From the NCBI GenBank assembly GCA_000004985.1, contig GG738850.1: a stretch of DNA of 64,000 nucleotides. The stretch is one strand, 5' to 3'. The position numbers and the translations under genes were made by a program. The notes beneath the pieces were generated by a model. That model ran no database searches and was not told where the DNA came from. It worked only from the letters and a program-made list of their open reading frames with translations. Positions within the stretch are counted from its first letter, which is position 1; each line of letters opens with the position of its first letter. Origin of the DNA: Naegleria gruberi. Taxonomy: Eukaryota. This document shows, piece by piece, positions 1 to 10,900 of this stretch.

Positions 1-686
1 TGTTGTTTGGCACTGATGCTGTATTTTGGCCCTTCAGAAAATTCCAAATTGTCGTTGTAATAAAAGACTAATTGGTTGTTGTTTTTCAGGGAAGAATCGA
101 ATATGTTTATTCGATTAGCCATATACTTTACCAAGTGTGAGTCAACGGTTTTGTAAGAAGAACTCAACCCCAACTTGCAAAGTAAATCCACATCTCTTGC
201 ACTGACGCCTGTAGATATCAAAAACACACCAATTACTGAGGAGAATAGGGTAGCCCTTTCATTCATAGCATTGGCCAAAAGATTCATGGCAACAGAGATC
301 ATGCGAGTCTTTCTTTGGTAGAGTTGGAGGTTTTCTTTCTTGAGAGTTGAAAGTTTGGAGGAGTATTTTCGGCCAAAGCATATACGAGAAAGCATGTTGA
401 AGAGAGTAACATATATCTGCACTGGTTCATCACATAGGTCGAGAATGGAGGTGCTGGTGGAGAGGTGTTGTGTATTGCGATTTGCCAATTTCTCTAGTTC
501 TGATGATGATGTGTTGAATATTGTTTCCAAAGGAGATTGGTTAGATGCTCGGGCAATGTTAGGATTAGAGTAGAATATCTCTAGTGAATTGTTAACAGTG
601 GTGCTCAGGTTGTTAACATCTGCACCTTTGGCCACCATTAACTCGAAAACCTTGTTGCTAATACGAAGGGGCTTGTTGGAGGCCAT
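1..686 (-). CDS. partial CDS, hypothetical protein (ATG at 686, N-terminal ~228 aa, continues past window start)
   Basis: Minus strand translated by hand from ATG (rc of 684-686): MASNKPLRISNKVFELMVAKGADVNN...YYNDNLEFSEGPKYSISAKQ. Open with no stop to position 1. Missing from the ORF track only because there is no stop in the window. Several CTG codons. No family recognised. Confidence 0.45.
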   Translation of the reverse strand, partial: MASNKPLRISNKVFELMVAKGADVNNLSTTVNNSLEIFYSNPNIARASNQSPLETIFNTSSSELEKLANRNTQHLSTSTSILDLCDEPVQIYVTLFNMLSRICFGRKYSSKLSTLKKENLQLYQRKTRMISVAMNLLANAMNERATLFSSVIGVFLISTGVSARDVDLLCKLGLSSSYKTVDSHLVKYMANRINIFDSSLKNNNQLVFYYNDNLEFSEGPKYSISAKQ

Positions 687-1671
687 TTTTTTGTTAAAAA
701 TATGTTTTTAAATTTAACGGTTATTTTCCTAAAGATTCAGCGGCAACTGCTGGGCGCGAAATTACCGTGGTGTAACATTTTTTCCATCACCTCCCTCGGT
801 CTATCTATTTGAATTTCCTTTTGACGAATTTTCTCTTTCTAAATGGGATATTCACTATTAATCCTCATTATTCCTGCAATTTATACCGCTTCATCTCAAT
901 CATTTTCATAGTTTTTCAATTAGCTTCTTCATTATCTTCATTATCTTCTTAGTATTAATTTCATAATTGTTTAATAATCACCATCATCATCATGTGATTC
1001 CAAATAGCACTTTGAAGGCCCGATTAATTCCAACACCATAACAAGACAACAAATAGAAGAATAGCTTCGCGCCTCCTACCCAGTGTCGTCTTCCTCACAC
1101 TATTCTATTACTCTCTCTGCTCTCCTTATTCAAACACCACTTGCCATTCAAGAGTTTCATTATTTTTTCTTCTTCAACTCCTCTCTCTTCGTTAGTGCAA
1201 CACCCATTACAGTGAGAAGCATAGCAAGATCTTCTTTAAAAAAAAACAATCAAAATCTCCCGCTAATAGCGCATTAGAGAAAAAGCTTTTGTTGCGTTTT
1301 TTAAAGTGGTGCGCTTGCAAGTTCTATTCAGGTTCATCAAGTAGAGTTTGAAGAAGATTTTTTCGGTTTGCGACACAAGTGGTGATATATTGTTTGATAT
1401 TACTTGTTCATCATATTGTTGTTATTGGTGCTATTTTTTGAGTGTGGTGGTTAATTAGTAGAATAGTAGTAATACAACATCAGTTCATTGGATTTTTTGT
1501 AAATATTCGCTCCGAATCTAAATTTCAACTGGTTGGATATAGATAGTATTTGTAATTGTGTGATAATAGTTAGTGATATTCGGTTAGCACGACAACCCCT
1601 CTAATAGTACTATTACTTTTTAGTGTAAATATATTATCTATTGGTAAATATTTAAGAACTCGGAACTAGAA

Positions 1672-2613
1672 ATGGAGATTACAACAACTTCATATATTAA
1701 TACTTCGTTTGATTGTATGTGTTGTAACGAATCGGAGCAATGCACTTGTTGTATTGAGATTACAACAACAATCAATATGACTACGACTACATGTTTTGAA
1801 TCGAATGAATCTAATTTTGTAAATAATCAAAAAAGGGCTTTGAAAAGACAAGCCAATTCATGCAATCACTCACGAACTAACAGTTATAGCTCATCTTGCA
1901 GTAGTACAAATAGTCATACTATGGAAGATCAAGATTTAACTCCTTTGTGTGGACTCTATCAAAACGATTATAATGAAAACGATTATTGGAGTGATGATTT
2001 GGAAGAAAATCTCTTCTCACCTATATATTATGATTCCTCAAAAATCAAACTGAGAAAGACGCCATTCCTTAACAAAAATGTTTGTCTAGACGAAAAAAAG
2101 ATATTATTTGTAGATAATGTACAAAATTGCGTAATTGAAATACCTGAAAATCATTCTTCCAATCCACCATCCATACTGACAAGATTTTTCAAACATCCAG
2201 AGAGAATTTGCTCCCACCAAACTCTTGTTTCCCTTCTATTTATTCTCACCATGGTTGGGGAGTTATTTGATCCTCACTATTCCTCTTTTATAGCCATTCA
2301 GGCTGTTTTAGCAACACTGTTGGGTATATTTGCAATTTATCGCCGAAATCAAACATTGGTGACCATTCATTCAGTATGGATTTCCGCCATTACCTCATTT
2401 ATGCTTTTACAATTTGTATTTTACATTGTTTTTGATTTTGCACAGGCTGTACATGACTATCAATTGAGTACAGGGGACTTGTTGCATTTGTGGCGATTTG
2501 GCTCTTCTCTCACTCTAATCTTTCTCGTTTTCCTTGAGTCAATCAAAGCCAGTAAAGAGTTATCAATTGTTGACACTCTGAGGAATGCTTTGAACAACAA
2601 GACCAAAAATTGA
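1672..2613 (+). CDS. hypothetical protein: Cys/Thr-rich N-terminus, C-terminal multi-pass membrane region (313 aa)
   Basis: True ATG at 1672. Several predicted TM helices near the C-terminus (LVSLLFILTMVGELF, LATLLGIFAIY, ISAITSFMLLQFVFYIVF, SLTLIFLVFL). Typical codon usage. 3' end converges on the 2781..6545 gene. Confidence 0.45.
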   Translation: MEITTTSYINTSFDCMCCNESEQCTCCIEITTTINMTTTTCFESNESNFVNNQKRALKRQANSCNHSRTNSYSSSCSSTNSHTMEDQDLTPLCGLYQNDYNENDYWSDDLEENLFSPIYYDSSKIKLRKTPFLNKNVCLDEKKILFVDNVQNCVIEIPENHSSNPPSILTRFFKHPERICSHQTLVSLLFILTMVGELFDPHYSSFIAIQAVLATLLGIFAIYRRNQTLVTIHSVWISAITSFMLLQFVFYIVFDFAQAVHDYQLSTGDLLHLWRFGSSLTLIFLVFLESIKASKELSIVDTLRNALNNKTKN

Positions 2614-2780
2614 ACATAACATGAAGACTTGAGCTGAGTCATTTGGTTTCTGATAGGTCCAATCAAACATGAATCATCAATGAAAATAAGAAAATATTCA
2701 AATGTTATGATTTCTGTAAAAGGAATTGGTCATGAATAAACTTGTTTATTTTACATTGATAATATTTTGTACATTAAATT

Positions 2781-5700
2781 TTACATCTTCTTAATAAAAA
2801 GTGGCAGGCTACTGATAGCCATTCCTTTACAATATCTACTCTCAAACAAGTAGGAAACAAATTCAAAATTGGAAAAATCAGGTGAAACTCTAAGGGTCAA
2901 TAAATAACTTTCTTCATCACACCCACCAGTAAATCCACTACATTCATATTTGATTTTTAGGTAGTAGTGATAAATGTGACTGTCAACATGTTTGCTTCTA
3001 TAATCCAAGATCCATTGTTGAAGCCTTTCTCTTGATGCTTCTGGATCTGTGCATATGGTATCCAATTGATCATTTTCCATCATTTCATGAAGAGAAGTAA
3101 CCCCAAAGTACAACTCTGAACGATCATACATTGGGCCTGTACAAATAAAAAAGAGCAGCTTTAGCACATACTGCAAGACAAACTCAATTTGATAGAGTCC
3201 CAATTTTTGCAACTCACAAATCCATTTAGAGATTGTACCATTAAATTGTTCACAAAGTTCAGGATCAGCCAATTTGATACTAGGATATTCACCGTGTGGA
3301 TCATTTCGGAATTGGGTCATTTCATGGTAGCAGTGCTCAATATTGGAGGTAATTCTATTCGTTTTATCGGTAGCCTTACTAGCAGAAAAAGGTATAGGAG
3401 AAGGACAATCCTCATCTTCTGGAAAAACTACCTCATTCTTCATTCGGGCCAAACTGAATTGAGAAAAGTATTTGACAATCTTTTCGTGAACCAATATTGG
3501 TTTTTCATGATGATGGTGATGACCTGTTGTGACAATAGTTTGATGATGGTTATGTTGAGAGTTGGGTGATGGTGTTGGATAGGCTCTGTCTTGCATATCT
3601 GATTGATCCTTATCGATGGTTCCATAAGCAAAGAACCAACATGTCTTGATTTCATTAATCATATCAACAAGAGTACTTTGATGTTGTGCCAACTGTTTGG
3701 TGGAGGGAGAGGTGGATGTGGTGCTGAAATTCAAAAGTGGAGAGTTTGGAGGATTGAGAGTGCTCGATTGTGTTGTTGAAGATTCAGTCCTATCGGGAGA
3801 ATAATCATTCAATGTACGAGTATCTACAGATCGAAGAAGTGGGCTATTTGCCACGAGGGAGAGTTTTCTAGTTGGATTAACATTTGGAGAGAGGGTTGGA
3901 GAGGCACATGCACTATTCACACCACTACCTGGTGGTCCACTTAAAGATAAAAAGGCTTGTGAAGGTGAAATAGTTTCCTCGTGATTATATTTGATTTTCA
4001 GCAAGACTTGAACACGTTGTTGGAATTCACCATCAACCTTTTCCACAAATCTCAAGCTTCTCTTGGCAAGATACAAATAGATAGGGCACTGGAAGTGTTC
4101 ATAGGGAGAGAACCAAGTTGGAGAGGTGAGCTTGTAGAACATGTTTGCCTTATCCGTGAGTCCCAACAAGTCAGGAACCTCTGATCGAAGAACCTCCTTA
4201 AAAACTGCACGATTGAAAATCTTTTCCTTATGTAAGGATCTTCTGTAGAGGCCGAATAGAACCATCAGCATTCGTTTGGACATTTCCAAATGTGATAAAT
4301 TTCTGGCAATTTGGGTGGCAAGCATAATTTGCAACTCATCCTTTTCTTCCCACACCGAGATGGAAGATAAGAGTTGAGGAAGGAAGTAGATGAAATTCTC
4401 TTTAGAGTGTGAAATTCTCAAATGCCATGCCCTACATACAAGGTCACATCTCAAAACGTCCTTATACGAGAGGAAACCTCCTAAAACAACGGTCCTAAAG
4501 ATATTTTCATTGGGTGAGTTTGGAAGCTTGAATTCATCTCCATATTCAATGCCAACATGTTGTGGTAATTGTTGTTGTAATGATGCTTGTGGTTGGAATT
4601 GTGGTGAATAATTAGATACAGTTGAATAGGATTGTTCAGTTTCTTCCTCTTCTGTACTGGTTGATGTAGAAATGATACTCATCGATTCAGGAGAGAGAGG
4701 AGATGCAGCTCTTGCACTATCCGCACCTTTCATTGATGAAGTTGGTGTTGATAGTAATTTGTTTTCATTCGTATTACTACTTTGTGAATTATTAGAACTA
4801 CTGGTATTAATATTATTACTATTATTTGCAAGTGTTGAACTGGTAATAGCAGTTGTGGTATTAACACATAATATTTCCTTCCACTTTCTTCTATTGACAA
4901 AAACATCCAATAATTGTTGTGTTCCTGTTGCTCTTTGTGTGCCACTTTGACCCATTATTGATGATGACGACTGTTGAGAATTAATATTAGACCCTACAGA
5001 ATAGTATTGTTGCTGATTATGATTACCCAATGATGATGACGACGATGTTGAATTATTCAATAATGGACTTTGTGAGGCCATCATAAGCATCATGGAGGGT
5101 GAGTGAGGCTCAAAGAAACTTGGGGAGCAATGATTGCTTCCACTACTACCTGTACCAATATATGAATTATTTGTTGTTGTTGTTGCTGAATATGTTGTTG
5201 TTGAAGAATAATTGCTGGAATAATGTTGCTGTTGTTGACTCGCAGATGGTGTTGTTGCTGAGGATTGAGTGTGGCTATTAGAGAGTCCCACTGTAATAAC
5301 ATTTAGACTTTTTCTTTTACTGTTATTGTTGTTGTTGTTATTGCTAGTAGTGGATGAAGAAGATGATGAGACTTGTTCTGTTCCCGCCAAAATGGGAGTT
5401 GCTGTAAAGGAGGAAAGTAAGTGGGGTTGTAAGGATTGATGTTGGGCATGATGATGATGAGGTTGAGCAGAGGCGAAGGAGAGAGGGCTCATTGGACTGG
5501 TTGGAGGAGAGTTTGGAGTGTACAAGAGTTGGTCTGGATTTTGATTGTTATTATAGCCCAGATAATTGGAATTATTATTGTTTTGTGTGGTGGTACTTGC
5601 TGTGGAGGAGAGAATGCTATTACTCGAGGAGAAGGAACCTCCATAATTATTGTTATTATTATGATTATGGATTGGAATGGAAGAGGTGGATGAAGATTGA

Positions 5701-6545
5701 CTCATCATTAAATCAGCAAAATTAATTGGTAAGCCAATTACACCGGCAGACATTGTGTCTGAATGTTGTTGTTGGTAAGTAGTAGCATTATTGGCTGATG
5801 AACTCTTCTTCAGTGAGAGCCTTCGTAGGGCATTCGATAAGGAAGAACGTCTCTTTGGTGTTATATTACCAGCCGTAGTACCTCCTGGTGTTGAGGAAGA
5901 AGGAGATGGTGATGATTGACCATTATTGTTCATATAATGATGATGATTACTAACATCAGAAGACGATGAGGAAGTATTACCACGTGGAGAGTGTTGCATC
6001 ACATTGGGACTACTCCTTGTCTGTACAACCAATGACGAATCAGTGCCACCATTCGAAGAGGAGGACAACACACTCGAATTACTCGACTGTTTCGAAAGGT
6101 TCGTATTAAAGTATTGATGACCACCATTGGTATGGCCGTAGCTACTCGAGAGGGCATTCAAACTCTGTGGATATTGTACATTGGAAGCAGAGGCACCTGA
6201 TAGATAATTTGCCTCAGCATCATGATGATGATCAAATTCTTCTCCACCATCTGAATCATCCTCCAAACCACTGTCATCAGGCCTAGCGAGACAACCTGTT
6301 GTGTTGGAGTGATGTTGTTGTTGGGAGGCAACTCTTTGATGATAATTAGTGGTAGCCGAAGAGGATGGCAACTGCGAGGATGAAGATGAGAAGAGGGATT
6401 TGGTTCTATGTGATGATTTCTTCTTCTTCTTTGAATCATCATCCTTATTATTGTTGTTGTTGTTGTTTGAGTTTGCATCAATCATATCATCGACAGCTCT
6501 ATTGTGAGCACTGCCTGGAAGGAGATTTCTCAATAGGGCTTTCAT
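2781..6545 (-). CDS. F-box domain protein with very long N/S/Q/H-rich low-complexity N-terminal half (1254 aa)
   Basis: True ATG at 6545. F-box-like segment NIFRTVVLGGFLSYKDVLRCDLVCRAWHLRISH (L..DVLRC.LVCR.W). Structured C-terminal ~450 aa. N-terminal ~800 aa of poly-N/poly-S/poly-Q/HHHH tracts. Confidence 0.65.
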   Translation of the reverse strand: MKALLRNLLPGSAHNRAVDDMIDANSNNNNNNNKDDDSKKKKKSSHRTKSLFSSSSSQLPSSSATTNYHQRVASQQQHHSNTTGCLARPDDSGLEDDSDGGEEFDHHHDAEANYLSGASASNVQYPQSLNALSSSYGHTNGGHQYFNTNLSKQSSNSSVLSSSSNGGTDSSLVVQTRSSPNVMQHSPRGNTSSSSSDVSNHHHYMNNNGQSSPSPSSSTPGGTTAGNITPKRRSSLSNALRRLSLKKSSSANNATTYQQQHSDTMSAGVIGLPINFADLMMSQSSSTSSIPIHNHNNNNNYGGSFSSSNSILSSTASTTTQNNNNSNYLGYNNNQNPDQLLYTPNSPPTSPMSPLSFASAQPHHHHAQHQSLQPHLLSSFTATPILAGTEQVSSSSSSTTSNNNNNNNSKRKSLNVITVGLSNSHTQSSATTPSASQQQQHYSSNYSSTTTYSATTTTNNSYIGTGSSGSNHCSPSFFEPHSPSMMLMMASQSPLLNNSTSSSSSLGNHNQQQYYSVGSNINSQQSSSSIMGQSGTQRATGTQQLLDVFVNRRKWKEILCVNTTTAITSSTLANNSNNINTSSSNNSQSSNTNENKLLSTPTSSMKGADSARAASPLSPESMSIISTSTSTEEEETEQSYSTVSNYSPQFQPQASLQQQLPQHVGIEYGDEFKLPNSPNENIFRTVVLGGFLSYKDVLRCDLVCRAWHLRISHSKENFIYFLPQLLSSISVWEEKDELQIMLATQIARNLSHLEMSKRMLMVLFGLYRRSLHKEKIFNRAVFKEVLRSEVPDLLGLTDKANMFYKLTSPTWFSPYEHFQCPIYLYLAKRSLRFVEKVDGEFQQRVQVLLKIKYNHEETISPSQAFLSLSGPPGSGVNSACASPTLSPNVNPTRKLSLVANSPLLRSVDTRTLNDYSPDRTESSTTQSSTLNPPNSPLLNFSTTSTSPSTKQLAQHQSTLVDMINEIKTCWFFAYGTIDKDQSDMQDRAYPTPSPNSQHNHHQTIVTTGHHHHHEKPILVHEKIVKYFSQFSLARMKNEVVFPEDEDCPSPIPFSASKATDKTNRITSNIEHCYHEMTQFRNDPHGEYPSIKLADPELCEQFNGTISKWICELQKLGLYQIEFVLQYVLKLLFFICTGPMYDRSELYFGVTSLHEMMENDQLDTICTDPEASRERLQQWILDYRSKHVDSHIYHYYLKIKYECSGFTGGCDEESYLLTLRVSPDFSNFEFVSYLFESRYCKGMAISSLPLFIKKM

Positions 6546-7588
6546 TGTGTAAATTTTGGTCTGAATGATTGTGTTATATTAAATGATTATTGTTGTACAA
6601 TTTGATTAATTATTAATTATTATTATTTGAAATATAATAATAAAAGTGATGATGATTAATATTTGGATTCAGGTAAATATTAAAGAGGTGATGAGAAGGA
6701 AATCAGCATTGATGTTGTTGTGGTTTTTAAAATCGTGCAGTGTCAACCAATTGTTGTTGAATTGTTTCGTCTAGGTGATATGAGAGTTTCAAGATCACTC
6801 CTCGTTCTTGCTTGTTACGTATCAAAGCAGATAGAGTTTCTCTCAGCTCGGCTGGTTGTTATAATTCGTTTCGGTAAGTTTCTCTCGAGTTGTTGTAATA
6901 ATTCAATGTTGTTGTTCTTCAAGAGAGATGAAAGAGAGAATTAATACTTCTCAAAATGTTCGTATTGACTCTTGAAAATCTCAGAACAAAAGAGGAATCA
7001 GACTTCAAATAGATGATTCGACTTGGATTTGTATTTTGTTTTTTTTCTTTAGTTTTATTGAAAGCTAAACACAATAGGTTGTGATGGTAAGAAGTGGAGC
7101 TGAGTGTTGTTAGGTTATTCATTCACCTGTTTTTACCTCGTATCAAGAAAGAGGTTTTCACTTTAGGAAACTTGTCAAAAAAATTAATATGATTAAAGGC
7201 ATACAATTCAGTGTTCAGGAAAGCACTTCTCTTTACCCTAGCAAGGCTTTGGTGTTGATTTTCAAAGGAGAACTTGCATTTACAATACTAATCGTGTTGT
7301 ATCATTGTTTTTTTCATTTGCTGCTATTTTGGGCCCTAGGACTAAGGTTTGAATCAAGTCTAAATTTAAGAGAATTTGAAATGATATTAGTTGCATATGG
7401 AAGACAAGCATGATTTATTCTAGAATTGAAACTTCTCTTCATCTCAATGAATATCAAAATTCGTTTGATCAACTCAATATTTGGTGAGGAAGGCGAGCAG
7501 ATGATAACCGCTTGAATTTGGCGCCAAAAATCAGTTGTATGGAAGTAAATGTAGTTCGTGCAAAACTACAGAAAATACAACTAAAAAA
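6546..7588. promoter_or_regulatory. divergent intergenic/promoter region between the F-box gene (minus) and the dynein gene (plus)
   Basis: About 1 kb of very AT-rich DNA between two divergently oriented start codons, with no credible ORF. No specific motif claimed. Confidence 0.3.
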
Positions 7589-7723
7589 ATGCCCCCAAAA
7601 CAAGAAGTTGACGATAGCAAAATTCTTGATGAGAGGCAAGCTTGGATTGAAAGGGCTGTGAGGAATACATTCAGAGTCTCTGAGAAGGATACTAAAAAAT
7701 TGTTAGAAACTGAGGATTATAGG
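7589..7723 (+). CDS. probable exon 1 of the axonemal dynein heavy chain gene (45 codons, MPPKQEVDDSKILDERQAWIERAVRNTFRVSEKDTKKLLETEDYR)
   Basis: ATG at 7589. Exon ends in phase 0 immediately before GTATGT (7724-7729). In-frame acceptor CAG at 7922-7924 joins to 7925 (...EDYR|ISISMPSQYSKKV...). The exon resembles the extreme N-terminus of DNAH5-type chains (LDARHNYLFAIV...EVEDAILEG). The main ORF alone lacks about 100 aa of N-terminus present in homologues. Confidence 0.5.
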
Positions 7724-7924
7724 TATGTAGAATTCAGTTCAAGAACTGTTGAGCTAATTATTAATGCTGTAAATTGAATCAAATCTCCGTTCTTCTTCTA
7801 TTTATTATTGTGATGATATCATTCTTGAATATACAACAACAATAGAAAAATAACAAGTACCTTCTTTGAGAATGCTGAAGCAAAGCAAATTTTCATTTTC
7901 ATCAATAGTACTGGATCATTCCAG

Positions 7925-10900
7925 ATTTCAATCTCAATGCCTTCTCAATATTCAAAGAAAGTCATCTGCTTCTTTAAAAAGACTAAAGTTAGTATTACAC
8001 CTGAAAATATTGGAACTGCACTTATTCATTTTGAAGTGTTGGAATCACCTCTAGAAACACTTTCACTTATTTCCAACAAATTGTTCTTACCAATTTTAAA
8101 AAATAGTGTAGAACAAACATCAGCATCCGACCAAGAGGATGAAGATAAAGTCTCCCGTGATGTTGTTACCTATTTCCAAAAATTCATAGCTTCTACCTAT
8201 GTTACATCAGGACAAGTTGAAGGAAAGACACTATTGCCAATTCCACCAGATGATGTTATTCAAGAAACTTCATCCGAAAATTCGGATCAAGATAAGGATA
8301 TGATCCACACACTCGAAACAGCAGTAGTAAATTGGGCAAATCAAATCAAGGAAGTTTTAAACAAGGATCCAGAATCATTATTTGTACCAAATTATAATCC
8401 TGGTCCTCTAGATGAAATGAATTTTTGGAATTCAAAATATCTTGACTTGGAATCTGTAGCCAAACAATTAGCTGGTGAAAAGGTTACTAAAGTAATTGAA
8501 ATTTTGAAGGAAAATCAAAGTACATATATTCCATCCTTTTTAAAGATGGTCGAAGAAGTTGAAATTAGAAAACATGAAGCCTTTGAAAATCACAGATTTT
8601 TAAAACCTCTCCGTAAATATTTCGAAAGTGTAAATTTAAAGAGTGACAATCATGCAGAATATTCAGAATTACCAAATGTCTTTAGAAGTATTTTCCATTT
8701 AATTTTCATGATTTGGAAAACATCTACAACCTATAACAAGAGCGAACGTCTTGTTGTTCTTGTAAGAGAATTGTGTAATGATCTTATTGATCACTCTAGA
8801 GAATATATTGGTGGTAGAGAAATTTTCAATATGGAATTCCCAGATGCTGTTGAAAAATTTGAAAATACTCTCTCAACCTGTGGTTTGGTTAAAAAGTATT
8901 ACTTTGCTTACAAGTTAAAGGTAGAACAAGAGTGTCCAACAAATCAATGGAGAGTTCCTCCTGCTTCTCTCTTCCACAGACTTGATCACTTTTTGGAAAG
9001 ATGTAGAGATATTCTTAATATTTTTAATCAAGGTAGATTATTCGGTAAATTGGCAACACTCCAAATTGGTGGTACTAAGGGTGATTCACTCAGTAGAGAA
9101 GTTAAGGATATTTATGTACATTTCAGTGAAGAAATTGCCAAGTTTAAGGAAATTCAATATGATGCATTGGTAGTTGAAGAACAAAAGTTTGAAGAAGATT
9201 TCTATCATTTTAAGAATCAAATTAAGGAATTTGAAAAGAAAATTGGTTCTATCATTTCTAAGAGTTTTGAAGATTGTAGTACTATTCATGCTGGTGTAAA
9301 GGTTATTGAAAGTTTTGAAGGTTTACTTGATCGTGAGGCTGTTCAACAAGAAATTGTCAAAAAGCAAGGTGATTTATTACAAACCTATAGAAAAGAATTG
9401 AAGAGAGTTCAACAAACATTTACAGAATCAAAGACTAGTCCAATTATTTTCCATAACATGCCTCCAGTAACAGGAGCTATTCAATGGGCTGAATCTTTAT
9501 TGGAAAGAATTAATGGACCAATGAATAGATTAATTTCTTTGAGTAAGACCATCTTTGATAACTCTGAAGGAAAGGAAACTGTAAAACTCCATTCAAACAT
9601 TGTTGGAAAGATTAAACAATACCAACAACAAAAGTATGCTGAATGGGCCAAATCAGTTGGTGAAATTTCCGAAACTAAACTCAATGAAATGTTATTGAAG
9701 AGAACTGATGATGGAATGGTTATTGTAAATTTTGATCCTGCCCTTGTTAAACTTTTGAGAGAAGTAAATTATCTCCAAAAGATTAATACTCTCCATGAAG
9801 GAGAACCAGCATGGTCCATTCCACAAGAAGCTATTGATCTCTTTTCCAAGAATGAAAAATATAGAACTCAAACTGGTAGTTTGGAATATATTGTAAATAT
9901 GTATAACATTGTCCAAGGTTCTCTTACTCCAGTTGAAAGACCTTTATTCCAAACACAAATCCAAAAGATTGATGGTATTCTTGAAAGAGCTTTGAATAGT
10001 CTCAGTTGGAAGAATGATGTTGAAATTGATTCATTCTTATCTGAAGCCATGAATTCTGTCAAATTGGCCAGTACAACTTTATCAATTATCAAGAAGAATA
10101 CTGGAGAAATTGAAAAGGCTTTAATGAAATGGGAAAAGAACCCAATGTTCCAAAGAAAGGAAACTAGAACTTTGACAATGAAGGAGCTCGACGGAAGAAA
10201 TAAGGAAATGAAGGTTACATATGAAAAGATGGTTAAAAAGACAGGTGAACTCATTGTTGCTAAGCTTTCAGACTGTTTAGAAGTTTTGAAAGGAGGTAAA
10301 CAAAAATCTTCGGAAGAACAACTTCCAGAAGAACTAGGTTGTATCGGAGTTGATGAAAGTGCTGAGCCATGGAAGAATTTTGTCAAGCATATTAACGATA
10401 TTGTTGTAGATGGTATTTGTAAATCAGTTATTGCTTCTGTAAGAGCTCTCATGGATCAAATGAATGTTGAATATTTACTCAAGACTGAACAAAGTCCATT
10501 CCTTGAAATTTCTCTTAACCTTGTAAAGAAACCAAATAGTGAAGTGCACTTTGCTACTTTCACTCCTAGCTTGGATGAAAAGGGTGAAAATTCATTTGTA
10601 CATGTTGTTGATTCATGGATTAATGATTTTACAACAGTATCAGCTTCGATACCTAGATTGGATTCATCTTCTGGTGATTACATTAAGGAAGTTAAATCTA
10701 ATACTGATGTCATTTCTACCATTTCTCAAATTCATGAAAGTATCAAGACTGTTACAGTCGAATGTAACAAATTTGCTGAGCAATTTATTGCTCAAAAGGC
10801 TATTTATGAGACTGACCAAAAGGAATTCTTTGATGAATTCTTAGAAGTTAACTTCCCTCATGGCTCTCATGGTAAATCTCATCATGTTGAATTGCCAAAG

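Noticed and set aside
340-1277. Track ORFs 340..573 (+) and 1083..1277 (+)
   Set aside because: 340..573 starts with TTG and lies antisense to the real minus-strand partial CDS 1..686. 1083..1277 is low-complexity inside the 5' flank of the 1672 gene.
3189-6568. Small ORFs of both strands inside the F-box/low-complexity gene (3189..3569, 3981..4184, 4390..4611, 4672..4950, 5090..5725, 6158..6568)
   Set aside because: Overlap the 1254-aa CDS in other frames or on the opposite strand. Repetitive low-complexity translations.
7535-7777. Track ORF 7535..7777 as a stand-alone 80-aa gene
   Set aside because: Starts with TTG (alternative start). Its ATG-initiated part ends precisely at a GTATGT donor and resembles the dynein N-terminus. 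Reinterpreted as dynein exon 1.
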